Shown here one piece after another: positions 24,623 to 34,779 of a stretch of DNA of 64,000 nt. The notes beneath the pieces are model-generated. The model was not told the DNA's origin. It saw nothing but the letters and a program-made list of their open reading frames with translations, and searched no databases. The DNA lies in the IMG/VR virus record IMGVR_UViG_3300045988_092438. One strand, 5' to 3'. Source of the DNA: a virus. The first letter of the stretch is position 1. The number at the start of each line of letters is the position of its first letter. A program made the position numbers and the translations under genes.

Positions 24623-25005
24623 AATGAATAGTCCTCCTTCTTTCTTCTTGGTTTAATGACTTTTGAAACAAGGTCTTCAACCAATACATAACCGAAATTT
24701 CTGCTGTCATAACTGTCTGGGGCATTATCACCTAAGAAGTATATGGACTGAACTTCACCTTTCTTGTCTCTGAATACCTCGCTTACTCTCTTGATTAAAA
24801 GTCTATTCTTCACTGTAGGGTGTTTAAACACCATAACGTCTCCCGGCTTGATTTTATTCTTTCTGAATATTCTTCTGGAAAGAATAATTTCCCCATCATG
24901 GTAAGTGGGGAACATACTGTTACCACACACATTGACAAGTGGGAAAACAAAGTGTTCAGCTACAGCTCCTACTGCAATAAAAAACAGCCACTTCAAAACT
25001 ATCAT
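24619..25005 (-). CDS. S26-family signal peptidase I-like protein
   Basis: GNSMFPT, LIKRV and GDNAPDSYDSR motifs; N-terminal TM helix. Confidence 0.65.
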   Translation of the reverse strand: MIVLKWLFFIAVGAVAEHFVFPLVNVCGNSMFPTYHDGEIILSRRIFRKNKIKPGDVMVFKHPTVKNRLLIKRVSEVFRDKKGEVQSIYFLGDNAPDSYDSRNFGYVLVEDLVSKVIKPRRKKEDYSL

Positions 25006-25472
25006 TTCTTAAATGTCCTCCTTCCGACTACTTTCTCTTTCGGAACAAGGTTCAAGAAATCCTCTAATTTCAAAGTGACATAATCATTTGAGGTATTGTG
25101 TTCATGAAACACCACGATTGGCACACGACCTTCTGGACAGTCACTTTCTGCTTGCCTTATCCACTTTGGAAGAGACCACTGCTTTTGATTCTTACACTCT
25201 ATGTGTAACAGTAACATCTGCTTAGTGTCCACAATGGTAATATCTCCTCGGTAGTCATCAGCTTTATCTGACTTCTTAGCAAATCCACCAGACTGAGGTG
25301 TTCTCTTTAATTCAACACCATATTTACTCTGGAACTTCTTTGCTATGTCTCGCTCAAATTGACCGCCTTTTCTCTTAGCATTTCTACCCTGTCTTGAAAG
25401 AGCTTCGTGTTTCGTTTCTTCTTGTTTTGGTTCTTGACCTAATGTTTCTGTTTTCTTCTTTAACTTCATCAT
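25002..25472 (-). CDS. PD-(D/E)XK nuclease, Holliday-junction-resolvase-like
   Basis: GD..IVD...HIECK motif with a basic N-terminus. Confidence 0.5.
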   Translation of the reverse strand: MMKLKKKTETLGQEPKQEETKHEALSRQGRNAKRKGGQFERDIAKKFQSKYGVELKRTPQSGGFAKKSDKADDYRGDITIVDTKQMLLLHIECKNQKQWSLPKWIRQAESDCPEGRVPIVVFHEHNTSNDYVTLKLEDFLNLVPKEKVVGRRTFKK

Positions 25473-25554
25473 TAAATTCTCCTTTACTTGTTACGATATA
25501 TTCAACAAAATGCTATAACCCCATTATAGTCCAGAGACTTCTTTTCGTCAACAA

Positions 25555-25586
25555 TAAAAAATAGGAGCAGATTTTACTCTGCTCCT
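25555..25586 (-). terminator. rho-independent terminator
   Basis: AGGAGCAG/CTGCTCCT stem followed by ATTTTTTATTG. Confidence 0.7.
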
Positions 25587-25593
25587 TAAAGTT

Positions 25594-25971
25594 TTACCTG
25601 TATTCAAAAGAACCATTGGTGTTGTCGATTCTATCATATATTACCATGTGCATAGCTTCTTTTGTTTCATCACTTATAGTAAGTTTCATCATTCCACAGG
25701 GTAGTTCTAGATCTACCACTTCTTCTATAGTGTTGGGATAGTCAGAACTCCATACTCTATTCAATGCAACAATGATGTTATAGGCTCTGTCTTCTACAGT
25801 TCCTCCTTTATTTTCTGCCATAAGCATTAAATACTTGCTATCTTCTGCACTCCAATCTATTGAGTACTTATCTTGAAACTTAGTGTGCGTCTCTTCTTTT
25901 GCAGAACACCCACTTAACAGAAAGCAAACAGCACACAAAATTATAAGTTTTCTTTTCATCTTACACCTCAT
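25594..25971 (-). CDS. lipoprotein with a SleB-like hydrolase-domain remnant
   Basis: Lipobox LLSGC, and IVALNRVWSSDYPNTIEEVV. The start could instead be ATG 25959. Confidence 0.55.
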   Translation of the reverse strand: MRCKMKRKLIILCAVCFLLSGCSAKEETHTKFQDKYSIDWSAEDSKYLMLMAENKGGTVEDRAYNIIVALNRVWSSDYPNTIEEVVDLELPCGMMKLTISDETKEAMHMVIYDRIDNTNGSFEYR

Positions 25972-26291
25972 AATCCTTCATTTGCGATTTTGTCTGTAAT
26001 GTCAATATATAGGTCATTTAACCTATAATACATTTTGTGAGTTTCATCTGGAACATGGTCTCCATCACGTTCAATGTCATGCTCTACATAACTCAGATAC
26101 CATTTAGCTTTATCAATGTCTTCTGCACCATTCTTGTTTTTGTATCTCCACAGATACTTAAAAGCATTACACAGGCAGAAGTCATACACTGCTTTTGCTC
26201 CAAAAGCTACCCTCATACACTCAATACACTCTAAAGAGGTGTTACCCTCATAGTGTGATGGGTGATTTACATTGTCTACTTCCTTACTCAT
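25968..26291 (-). CDS. DUF3310 family phage protein
   Basis: NHPSHY..ECIE...FCLCNAFKYLWRYKNKNG..DIDKAKWYL. Confidence 0.7.
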   Translation of the reverse strand: MSKEVDNVNHPSHYEGNTSLECIECMRVAFGAKAVYDFCLCNAFKYLWRYKNKNGAEDIDKAKWYLSYVEHDIERDGDHVPDETHKMYYRLNDLYIDITDKIANEGL

Positions 26292-26655
26292 ACTTAAATA
26301 CCTCCCTTACTACTTTGCAGAATTTCTTGAAATCCCTCTTACTCATATAGAACTTGTGAATATTCTTAGTCTTACCCACTTTCTTTTTAGTGAGTGTAAC
26401 AAGAACTCCATCAGTGTCACAATCAACAAAGGACAGAGAATATGTACCCATTGTAACAGGGTGTTCAAGAGGTGGATTGAGCTTGACAACACCACTAAAG
26501 GTAGTCTTGCAGGATAACAACTGCTTAGTCATTTCCTTATTCAGCTTGAAGGTAGAATCTACCTTCTTACTGAATATCAGAACATTTACTCTTTCACTTC
26601 TCTTCTCAACAGTCAACTTTAATCTGTCCGGCAGTCTGAATGTGAATTTGTCCAT
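26284..26655 (-). CDS. hypothetical protein
   Basis: 123 aa with an RBS. Confidence 0.5.
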   Translation of the reverse strand: MDKFTFRLPDRLKLTVEKRSERVNVLIFSKKVDSTFKLNKEMTKQLLSCKTTFSGVVKLNPPLEHPVTMGTYSLSFVDCDTDGVLVTLTKKKVGKTKNIHKFYMSKRDFKKFCKVVREVFKYE

Positions 26656-27680
26656 TACTTAATTCTCCCTTCTGATAACTCAATCAGTTCTTCATACCAA
26701 GGTTGCATGATTTCTTTCATCTGAGGGTGTGGAGCACCTGTAGTTCCTTTTGCTCTCAGATTAACAATGTGTTGCCACTCTGTCTCATTACAGGTCATAA
26801 TGATTTCCGTCTTTAAAGAGTTTGGCAGAACACTTCTTGCTTCTTGTGGTGTTGAACCATAACCTAAAAGCTCAAAGTACTTTCTCTCAGCAACTTCACA
26901 AGAAGTCTTCCATGCTTCATACACTCTGCTGTTATCATGTCCAGTATCAAAGAAGAATGGAAGGATAAATGTAATATCTCCTCCAAATTTGTCTTTAGAA
27001 TAATTGCAGTAACGAGTACTCTCCTGTGCAAAACTACAAGGTCTGTGTCTTACAAGCTCATGGGAAACACCTCTGTCACATACAAACAGAACAGTGTGAG
27101 TCCTGTGTTTCATAATCTCCTGCTCTCTGAGATTCTTTGGACTGTCATAAAGCTCATTGTACAAGTCATCACAGAAATCTTCCTCTGGCATAATCTGGAA
27201 GTGTCTTGTATTCCTGTAGGAAAAACACTGAGGAAAAATCTCTGGGAAGTAGTTACCAACACAAGACAGCATTTCATCAACCACAGAAGGAGTAACATTC
27301 AAATCACAAGCTCCTATGCTTAACACCATATCAAAGAACACTCTTAAAGGTGCTGAGATATAAGTATCACCATGTTCCGTGATGTAAACGTGTCTAAGAA
27401 TATCTGTAGCTTCTCCCAATGAACCACAATCCACTTTGGCAAACATACTGAGACCTTTCATTAAGTCTTCATACAGACCTGTATATCTCATGTGTACCCA
27501 GTAATGCTCAATCATTGCATAATGCTTTCTGCTACACAGTCCTTTCACAAACTTCACTGCACTGTCATCAGTGATTTTATCCTCTGACTTGTAGCAGGTT
27601 CTACCAATCTTCTCAATAAACTGGTAAGGTGTCATTCCCTCTTTGGAAATGTGTTCATGGTAAGGTTTAATTACCTTCAT
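26655..27680 (-). CDS. thyX: FAD-dependent thymidylate synthase
   Basis: SHELVRHRPCSFAQESTRY (the RHR..S....S.R ThyX motif). Confidence 0.85.
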   Translation of the reverse strand: MKVIKPYHEHISKEGMTPYQFIEKIGRTCYKSEDKITDDSAVKFVKGLCSRKHYAMIEHYWVHMRYTGLYEDLMKGLSMFAKVDCGSLGEATDILRHVYITEHGDTYISAPLRVFFDMVLSIGACDLNVTPSVVDEMLSCVGNYFPEIFPQCFSYRNTRHFQIMPEEDFCDDLYNELYDSPKNLREQEIMKHRTHTVLFVCDRGVSHELVRHRPCSFAQESTRYCNYSKDKFGGDITFILPFFFDTGHDNSRVYEAWKTSCEVAERKYFELLGYGSTPQEARSVLPNSLKTEIIMTCNETEWQHIVNLRAKGTTGAPHPQMKEIMQPWYEELIELSEGRIK

Positions 27681-27695
27681 GATGTTATCCTCCTT

Positions 27696-28445
27696 TTATT
27701 CAAGCCATCTATTATCAATGTAATAGAAAGCAAATATTATTAAAGCTGTTACAATAAACCAGACAATCCAGAATATGATATTAACTGTGTTTATGTCTGT
27801 CATATAAGAATCAACAGTGTCCTTTAAAGCTGTTTCACTAAACACTGAATTTTCACTTATAGTGCCATCTTTTAATTTAGTGAATATTGTTCCCTTCATT
27901 TTTGAGGAAACACCATAATACACATGACGAAGATGATACCCGGCACTAACTGTATCAATGTGGTGTGATGAAAAATCAAACCTATCATAACTAAAAGACT
28001 CTCCTAAAAACGTGATACTCTGAGTATGTTTTGAATCATTACCTATATTATCCCAAGTCCAATAAACTTCTGTTCTTGTATGTGTTTGTCTTGTTTTTCC
28101 AGAACCAGTCGTATATGTTACTACTCTTGTGTGCCTAGTGTATCTCTCTGTTTCCTGTCGAATATATGTATATTCTCCTTTAACATCATCATAAGATACT
28201 GGTGTGTCTGCTGAAAGGTCTCCATACACAAAAGCATTACCAAAATTGGTCTGCATAGCTTGTTTAAATAAAGACTCTTCCGCATTTATTTTTAGTGCCT
28301 TTCCATACATATCATTCTTCTGAATAAAATGGTCAGTCAAGGCACTATTTGAAACCACACCTATGATAAGCATAACAAAGAAGATAATTACACTAAACAG
28401 AACCTCACGTTTAGTTATCTCAAAATCATATCTTCTATAATACAT
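27696..28445 (-). CDS. membrane protein (TM helices at both ends)
   Basis: 249 aa, paired with the LemA gene. Confidence 0.55.
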   Translation of the reverse strand: MYYRRYDFEITKREVLFSVIIFFVMLIIGVVSNSALTDHFIQKNDMYGKALKINAEESLFKQAMQTNFGNAFVYGDLSADTPVSYDDVKGEYTYIRQETERYTRHTRVVTYTTGSGKTRQTHTRTEVYWTWDNIGNDSKHTQSITFLGESFSYDRFDFSSHHIDTVSAGYHLRHVYYGVSSKMKGTIFTKLKDGTISENSVFSETALKDTVDSYMTDINTVNIIFWIVWFIVTALIIFAFYYIDNRWLE

Positions 28446-28459
28446 AGGTTATTCCTCCA

Positions 28460-29014
28460 TCAGTCTCCGAAAAGGTTTGTGGGAGCATCTGATGATACAT
28501 CAAAATTAAGTCTCTGATAATCTTTCACTTCATAACCCATCATAGACAAGATAAACTTCTGTGGAAATCTCCGGCAGTATGTTCTGTAGGTCTCAACGTG
28601 TTTATTATATGTCTCCCTGTACTCTGCAATCGTTCTTTCAGTAAGTGTGAGAGTGTCCATAAACTTCTGATAATTACCATCACTCTTTAACTCTGGATAA
28701 CTGTAAGTAACTGCACTAAGTACTGTCTGTACATCTTCCACTGTAGATTTACCTGCACTCATACTCTCAGCTAAATTCTCCAATGTCTCTGCTTCGTGTT
28801 TGTCATAGTTCTTTACACAATCCGCAAGATTATACACTGTGTCATATCGAGCTTTCTCCTGCACCTTAATGTCACTCATAGCTGACTGCACTTTTTCATC
28901 AAGTGCAATAGCCTTGTTAGGGAAACTGTTAAACATGAACACTGTTCCCAAGATGACTGCAATTATAATTCCAATCACAATCAAAACAACTTTGTAACTA
29001 CTCGTCTTCTTCAT
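28460..29014 (-). CDS. LemA family protein
   Basis: N-terminal TM helix with LemA-type helical repeats (ALDEKVQSAMSDI..RY.....L). Confidence 0.65.
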   Translation of the reverse strand: MKKTSSYKVVLIVIGIIIAVILGTVFMFNSFPNKAIALDEKVQSAMSDIKVQEKARYDTVYNLADCVKNYDKHEAETLENLAESMSAGKSTVEDVQTVLSAVTYSYPELKSDGNYQKFMDTLTLTERTIAEYRETYNKHVETYRTYCRRFPQKFILSMMGYEVKDYQRLNFDVSSDAPTNLFGD

Positions 29015-29077
29015 AGAAAAGAACCTCTTTAAATTTTAATAATTGATACTTTATCATAAAACTGACCTCTTGTAAAA

Positions 29078-30457
29078 TCAGTTCATAATAACTAAATTCT
29101 CTTTAGCTCTGGTTACTGCAACATACATAACCTTTCTCTCTTCCTCGTCCTTCATATAGTTAGGACACTTTACAGGGAAATTTCCATACAGAAGAACATT
29201 CTTCACTTCAAGACCTTTTGATACATGAACAGTTAAAATTTTCACTCTATTAGAGTCCATATGTCTCTTCAAGTCTGCAAGTGACATACCCTCTCTTTTA
29301 AAGGTGGTGAATGGTACTTCATTCTCCTCACAAATCTCCTGCATTTTAAAGAGGTCTTTATTGGTCCGCACAAGGATAAAATAATCTCGGAAGTTTCCAT
29401 CCTTCTTAATAGAATCAAGAACTACTGGAATTGTTCTCTTGGAAAGAAGCTGTACAGAACCCTCTTCCTGTGACATTGGAACAATGGTCTTATCAATTTT
29501 ACTGTACACCTGTGAAATAATAGTGTCTGCAATCTCCAACACTGCCCGACTGTTTCTATAATTGTTGGTGAGGTAGTACACTGAGAACAATCCATCCTCA
29601 ATCAGCTTCATAAAGATTTTAACATTACCACCTTTAAAGCTGTAAATACTCTGCCAGTCATCACCTACTAAGAAATAGTTGTCAGCTTGCAATGAGTCAA
29701 TGAAATTAAATTCAAGTGAACCTACATCTTGGAACTCGTCTACCAGAACGTGTTCAATCTCAGCATTGATACTTCTAAAATATGCTTCTGCCCTTTTCAG
29801 TAACTCCTCAAAGGTAATTACATTTCTTGCCTTACATAAGGTATCAATGCTTTCTGGGAACTGAGTACTTCCGGCAACACTAATCTCATAGTCAATGTCA
29901 GCCTGTGTTCTTTCAATGAGTCTTAACTCACCCTGTTCACTTGGAATTAAGAAATCATTCAGTTCTTTCTCAGTGATTTTACCCATCATTTCTTGTGTCT
30001 TCATATCCTTGTATTCAAGGTATCTGTCAAAAGTTAAAGACTTACAGTACTTTGTAATAAGCTCCCTGTGGAAGTCATTATCAATTCCATCATCATAAAT
30101 TCTGTAGTTCTCACCAGACAACTTCATAACTCTGTTTGCAAAGGAGTGGATAGTTCCAATAAAAGCGTCTCCAATACCTTCTACATCATAAAGTCTTTCT
30201 TTCATTTCCTCTGCCGCCATATTGGTGAATGTGATTGCTACAATATTACAAGGTGGAACACCTTCTTCTAAGAGGAATTTAATTCTCTCAGTAAGTACTC
30301 TTGTCTTTCCTGAACCTGCTCCGGCAACTACTAAAACATTGTTATCTCTGGCATGAACAGCTAAATCCTGCTGTTGGTCTAATGTAATGGGAGCTTCTTT
30401 CTCCCTCTTCTCAAATCCTCTCTTAAACATGGATTTTCTTTTGAGTTTTACTGCCAC
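29078..30457 (-). CDS. UvrD/PcrA-like SF1 helicase
   Basis: VVAGAGSGKTRVLTERI and VDEFQD motifs. GTG start 7 nt after AGGAG. Confidence 0.8.
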   Translation of the reverse strand: MAVKLKRKSMFKRGFEKREKEAPITLDQQQDLAVHARDNNVLVVAGAGSGKTRVLTERIKFLLEEGVPPCNIVAITFTNMAAEEMKERLYDVEGIGDAFIGTIHSFANRVMKLSGENYRIYDDGIDNDFHRELITKYCKSLTFDRYLEYKDMKTQEMMGKITEKELNDFLIPSEQGELRLIERTQADIDYEISVAGSTQFPESIDTLCKARNVITFEELLKRAEAYFRSINAEIEHVLVDEFQDVGSLEFNFIDSLQADNYFLVGDDWQSIYSFKGGNVKIFMKLIEDGLFSVYYLTNNYRNSRAVLEIADTIISQVYSKIDKTIVPMSQEEGSVQLLSKRTIPVVLDSIKKDGNFRDYFILVRTNKDLFKMQEICEENEVPFTTFKREGMSLADLKRHMDSNRVKILTVHVSKGLEVKNVLLYGNFPVKCPNYMKDEEERKVMYVAVTRAKENLVIMN

Positions 30458-30511
30458 TGTTATTCTCCTTTCTTCTTTTAGGAATTTATTACTTTATGAT
30501 TATTATACAAT

Positions 30512-30540
30512 AAAAGACAGGCATTGTAAAACACCTGTCT
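30512..30540 (-). terminator. rho-independent terminator
   Basis: AGACAGG/CCTGTCT stem followed by TTTATTG. Confidence 0.55.
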
Positions 30541-30547
30541 TCTAATG

Positions 30548-31099
30548 CTACCTGTTTACATTGTAGTTTCTGTTCTCATTGTTAAAGTCACCTGTTCTTC
30601 GGCTCACCTCTCGGCTTATCATAAAGATAGCGTCCTCAATGTTTGAGATATTCAGTTCTAACAGCATACACTTCTTCTTGTAATCCATGTACTTTTCATA
30701 ATATGGAAAGATTTCCGGGTCTGTGTTGAGTTCTCTCTCTTTTGCTTTCTCAGACATTTTGGTTTCCGATAACTTCTTGTAGAGGTGCTGACTCTCCTGC
30801 AAGTACTCTCTCTGAGCTTCTTCAAGATAACACTCAGCCCACCCTAAAAGAGTTCTCATATACATTTTCTGTTGAGTAAATGCGTTTAAATACTCTCCTA
30901 AATCTTTAGCAGGACATTCTGTGATATTAGCCGGAAGAGATAAGTAATCTGTATCAATATTCAATGAGCCATTAGGGTCAAAGAAGTCAACACCCTTATC
31001 TTCTAACTCTTCTTGCATAGAGTCCACATAACTCTTTCTCTCTTTCAGAGCTTTCATAGGACTAACCTTCTCCGGCTGAGTCTTTTTCTTTAATTTCAT
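30548..31099 (-). CDS. hypothetical protein
   Basis: 183 aa, GGAGG RBS. Confidence 0.55.
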   Translation of the reverse strand: MKLKKKTQPEKVSPMKALKERKSYVDSMQEELEDKGVDFFDPNGSLNIDTDYLSLPANITECPAKDLGEYLNAFTQQKMYMRTLLGWAECYLEEAQREYLQESQHLYKKLSETKMSEKAKERELNTDPEIFPYYEKYMDYKKKCMLLELNISNIEDAIFMISREVSRRTGDFNNENRNYNVNR

Positions 31100-31102
31100 A
31101 GA

Positions 31103-31993
31103 CTACCTCCAACATTCAAGTTTAAAATCACACCAACGACAGGTCTGGCAAGACTTACTTGTACCTTCTCTCGGTGGTAATTCATCTTCCTCACAATACT
31201 CATTTAAGGCTTGATACTCATTCAGAACACCAGTAAGAAGGTGTTCTGTGACTGTGCTTCTCTCCACACAATACTCTTTCATATCCTGTGTGTTCTTATT
31301 CTCATACAAGAAGATAACCTTTGTGATAGGCTTTTCAGTTCTAAAGAGAATGTCATCACAGATTAAATTGAGGTCAACCTCATGTTGTATCTTCTGTTCT
31401 CTTGTGAACTTTCTTCCACCCTTCATGTGCTGATACTTAGAATGATAATACTCTGCACGTTCCTCTTGTGAAGCATAAAACTCCTCAAGAGTCTTGTACT
31501 TATTCCTTAACTGCTGTCTTCTCTCTTCTGCACAATACAGATAAATAAGACCCTGCTTCTTATGCTCTTCTTTAGCGTCCTTTAACTGATTAAACTGGTT
31601 ATCATTGATACTCTTGATTTCCAGAATTGCAACTTCATCTTCTGGCAGGTCTAAGAACCCATCAGTGTGACCTTGAATGTTGTACTCTTCATTTAAAAGT
31701 GGTACTTCATCACAGATAAGCAAGTTCATTTCCAGAAGATAGTTCTGTATTCTCTCATGTGTGTTTGTACCATTATCGAAGATACGCTGAGTTCTTGCAC
31801 CAATGTCACCATCAGAGTCATACTGCTTTCTCATGTAGTAGTTATGTCTCATACACTGACCTGCTTGTGATGGAGCATTTACATCTACTGCCCTGTCATT
31901 ATCTGCATTTGCTTGTTTCTCTAAAAAGAAGTCGAGGGGCTTGATGATATACCCCTCCTGCTTCACCGACTGGAATAAATTGTTTAGACTCAT
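31103..31993 (-). CDS. Cas4/RecB-like PD-(D/E)XK exonuclease with a C-terminal Cys cluster
   Basis: GHTDG..D...EIKS core and C-terminal CQTCRWCDFKLEC. Confidence 0.65.
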   Translation of the reverse strand: MSLNNLFQSVKQEGYIIKPLDFFLEKQANADNDRAVDVNAPSQAGQCMRHNYYMRKQYDSDGDIGARTQRIFDNGTNTHERIQNYLLEMNLLICDEVPLLNEEYNIQGHTDGFLDLPEDEVAILEIKSINDNQFNQLKDAKEEHKKQGLIYLYCAEERRQQLRNKYKTLEEFYASQEERAEYYHSKYQHMKGGRKFTREQKIQHEVDLNLICDDILFRTEKPITKVIFLYENKNTQDMKEYCVERSTVTEHLLTGVLNEYQALNEYCEEDELPPREGTSKSCQTCRWCDFKLECWR

Positions 31994-32488
31994 TTATCCT
32001 AATTCCTCCTCAAAGTGTTTTCTGAAATCTGCATACTTCATCACCATAAGTATATGGTTCTTCTTATTCATTTTAACAGGTGTCAAGCTAAAGAGCAAAG
32101 GAAGTTCCTCTTCTGTATATCCTTTAAAACGATAAGACTTACAGCCACCATGAACATGAGGTACAATCTCATAAGTGTTCACCTGTACAGAAAAGTCATT
32201 CGGATTGAATATCACATATCTGTCTGTATCTCTCAAGTCTACAAACAGAAGAGGTATTCTCATTCCGTCTTTATCTGCTTCAAGGGAAATCTTCTCCCAT
32301 ACTTTTGTGGTGATAGAATAGAAACCCTTTTCAGTAGTCTTACACTCAATAAGGAACTTGTCATTTCTTACATCAGCAGAAGCAAACCATAAAGCCCCAC
32401 TTGCAATAACTGTTTTAGCGTTCATCTGCTTTGCTACAGATTTTTCCTGTTTGTTACTCTTAAATTTAGTAGTTCCTTTTTTAGCCAT
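31994..32488 (-). CDS. PD-(D/E)XK nuclease, resolvase-like
   Basis: SGALWFASADV..FLIECKTT motif. Paralogous to 25002..25472. Confidence 0.5.
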   Translation of the reverse strand: MAKKGTTKFKSNKQEKSVAKQMNAKTVIASGALWFASADVRNDKFLIECKTTEKGFYSITTKVWEKISLEADKDGMRIPLLFVDLRDTDRYVIFNPNDFSVQVNTYEIVPHVHGGCKSYRFKGYTEEELPLLFSLTPVKMNKKNHILMVMKYADFRKHFEEELG

Positions 32489-33053
32489 TGTTAATCACCT
32501 CATTTAAAATAGCAAACTCTCCAAAATATTTTAAGGCTAATTCATTGTAAGCTAATCCTGCTTCATCTTCATCATAGAAATAACCTCCATGTATTTTCTT
32601 GTTATTAACTTTTATAGAAACTTTCCATCTTTCTAACTGTTTATCAAAATTGACACCTCTATATTTTGAGGTTTTCTTAACATTCATAACCCTATTAGAT
32701 TGATTTTCACTCCTTGAACAACATCTAAGATTAGATTTTGAATAATTATGTGTATTTCTGTCTCTATGGTCTACAAGTACCTTTGGGTCTGTAACACCTA
32801 ATAATAATCTACCAAGTGTTACAGATTTTCTAATACCATTATACATAGGTTCTCTTGCAATAACATACCTGTTATCACTAGACATTTTTAAATAATACCT
32901 AGAAAGTAAAGGAAGGTCTTCTTTATCAACAACAATATCATCACATGAACCTACAGTTATACACATAGCTCCACTGGCAACTACTGTCTTAGCTCCCATG
33001 TCTTTTGCAACACTCTTCTCCTGTATCTGGGAGCGTTTCTTTACTGTTTTCAT
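32481..33053 (-). CDS. HNH + AP2-domain homing endonuclease
   Basis: VDHRDRNTHNYSKSNLRCCSRSENQSN (HNH) and YRGV...RWKV....N.K..HGGYF.DEDEA..AYN (AP2). The N-terminal 30 aa duplicate the start of the downstream gene. Confidence 0.75.
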   Translation of the reverse strand: MKTVKKRSQIQEKSVAKDMGAKTVVASGAMCITVGSCDDIVVDKEDLPLLSRYYLKMSSDNRYVIAREPMYNGIRKSVTLGRLLLGVTDPKVLVDHRDRNTHNYSKSNLRCCSRSENQSNRVMNVKKTSKYRGVNFDKQLERWKVSIKVNNKKIHGGYFYDEDEAGLAYNELALKYFGEFAILNEVINNG

Positions 33054-33310
33054 ATTACTCTATTCCTTCCTGTGCCACCTTTAAACAATGAATCTTCACT
33101 GCTCTTTCTTTCACTCTGTCTCCAATAACAGCAGTAAATATTATTCTCGTCCGTCACAAGGTCAAACTGTGTGACATTCGGATTCTGGCACACCTCTTCT
33201 TTATCACTCATGGTTTTAAAGTAGAAATCACAGTTAAAACATGACCTTGTGAACTTGGCACTCTTCTTTACTTTCTCTCGACTTTCTTTGTAGCCACGAT
33301 TGAACTTCAT
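33050..33310 (-). CDS. small Cys-rich protein
   Basis: CFNCDFY..CQNP..YCCYW. Confidence 0.5.
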   Translation of the reverse strand: MKFNRGYKESREKVKKSAKFTRSCFNCDFYFKTMSDKEEVCQNPNVTQFDLVTDENNIYCCYWRQSERKSSEDSLFKGGTGRNRVI

Positions 33311-34464
33311 TACATACCCACCTTTTTATTAGCAATAGAAAGAATTTCATCTTTCATACTCTCAATAATATCTGGATTGTCCATGAGGTAATCAATAAGT
33401 TTTTCCTGTCCTTGGAACTTGTTAGTTGGGTCACTGGAAAGATAGAAATAACTTCCGGCACGTTCAATAAGACCAAAAGACTTAGCTTCAAGGATAATGG
33501 ACATATAAATATCACAAAATCCTTTCTTAACACCTGCACTGTTCTCCTCTGTGTACATATCAAACTCACCCTGCTTACCAGATGGAAATGTCTTGTTCTT
33601 CTCTACTTTAAACTTGACTGTCTGACCTACAGCAACTTTATTCTCACCTGTTCCCTCAGTGATTGTATCACCCTTTCGGAACTTGATACATAAGGACTGT
33701 GCAAAGTCTTTTGCTTTTCCTCCCGGGGCAAACTCACCACCATAAAGAGAAATCTTATCTTTCAACTGGTTAATACCAATAAGTGTGAAAGGCATTTCAC
33801 CCTGTCTTCTGAGCTTGTTATTCTTTGCTTGAAACTTTCTAAAGAACTCAGCCAGTAACTTAGGTTTAATACCCATCTGAACAGTATCATCCATTCCACT
33901 CTCATACTCTTTTGTAGGTACAAGTGCTTCAATGGAATCAATTACTCCCAGTTTTACTTCTGGATTGTCCATAGTATCAAGAATCAACTGTGTGGTCTCT
34001 TCAAGACCGGAACTTGGATTAAACATGAAAAGGTCTCCATCAATCTCAAGCTGTGTAAGGTATTTATCACTATCTGTAGTAGTACCCTCTGCGTCACATA
34101 AGAGAACAGTCTTACCAAATTTCTTCTGGAACTCCCTCATACAATGAAGTGTAACAGTGGTTTTAAAGGAAGAAAACGCTCCTTGAATTTCAGTATAACG
34201 TCCAATAGGAATACCACCACCAACAGCAATGTCTAAAGACGGAATAGAAGTTCCGAATCTCTGGATAGTGTACCAATCATCTTCATCTTCTGTAATCTTT
34301 TTAGGGAATCCCCTCATTACAGCATTAGTACCATACTTCTTGTTAATGTCATCTACCAGTTTATTGAGTCTGGAATCTCTGGCAGAATCACTCTTCTGTG
34401 AAACTGTCTTTGTAACCTGTGCCTTTGCAGGAGTCTTAACTGCTGTCTTCTTTTTAATTGCCAT
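33310..34464 (-). CDS. RecA/UvsX-like recombinase with a non-canonical Walker A motif
   Basis: [26 protein letters not shown] versus RecA GGLP.GRI.EIYGPESSGKTTL. GGAGGA RBS before ATG 34464. Confidence 0.65.
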   Translation of the reverse strand: MAIKKKTAVKTPAKAQVTKTVSQKSDSARDSRLNKLVDDINKKYGTNAVMRGFPKKITEDEDDWYTIQRFGTSIPSLDIAVGGGIPIGRYTEIQGAFSSFKTTVTLHCMREFQKKFGKTVLLCDAEGTTTDSDKYLTQLEIDGDLFMFNPSSGLEETTQLILDTMDNPEVKLGVIDSIEALVPTKEYESGMDDTVQMGIKPKLLAEFFRKFQAKNNKLRRQGEMPFTLIGINQLKDKISLYGGEFAPGGKAKDFAQSLCIKFRKGDTITEGTGENKVAVGQTVKFKVEKNKTFPSGKQGEFDMYTEENSAGVKKGFCDIYMSIILEAKSFGLIERAGSYFYLSSDPTNKFQGQEKLIDYLMDNPDIIESMKDEILSIANKKVGM

Positions 34465-34660
34465 TTTCTTCTTCCTCCAACAACATACTTCTAATCTCAA
34501 TATCACCCTCACGCTCTAACTGATTAACTAAAGCTCTGGAAACGAAATTAGTCTGATTATCTCCATTCTTTGCTACATGGACGCTAATTCTATCCAACAG
34601 TGTTTTACTGGCTACCACTGTTGTTCGTTCTTTTTTCGGAACTAAGGTATCTCTTGCCAT
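34454..34660 (-). CDS. ribbon-helix-helix (Arc/CopG-like) DNA-binding protein
   Basis: AGGAG RBS before ATG 34660. The [20 protein letters not shown] pattern fits a strand-helix-helix fold. Confidence 0.45.
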   Translation of the reverse strand: MARDTLVPKKERTTVVASKTLLDRISVHVAKNGDNQTNFVSRALVNQLEREGDIEIRSMLLEEEENGN

Positions 34661-34740
34661 GCTTACATTCTCCTTTCTACATAAATTCATACTTTTTAGA
34701 TTGTATGACTTTATTATATATCATAACCAAAAGATTGTCA

Positions 34741-34773
34741 AAAAGAAAGGGTAGTCATATTTCAGACTACCCT
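34741..34773 (-). terminator. rho-independent terminator
   Basis: AGGGTAGTC/GACTACCCT stem followed by TTCTTTT. Confidence 0.65.
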
Positions 34774-34779
34774 ATAAGT

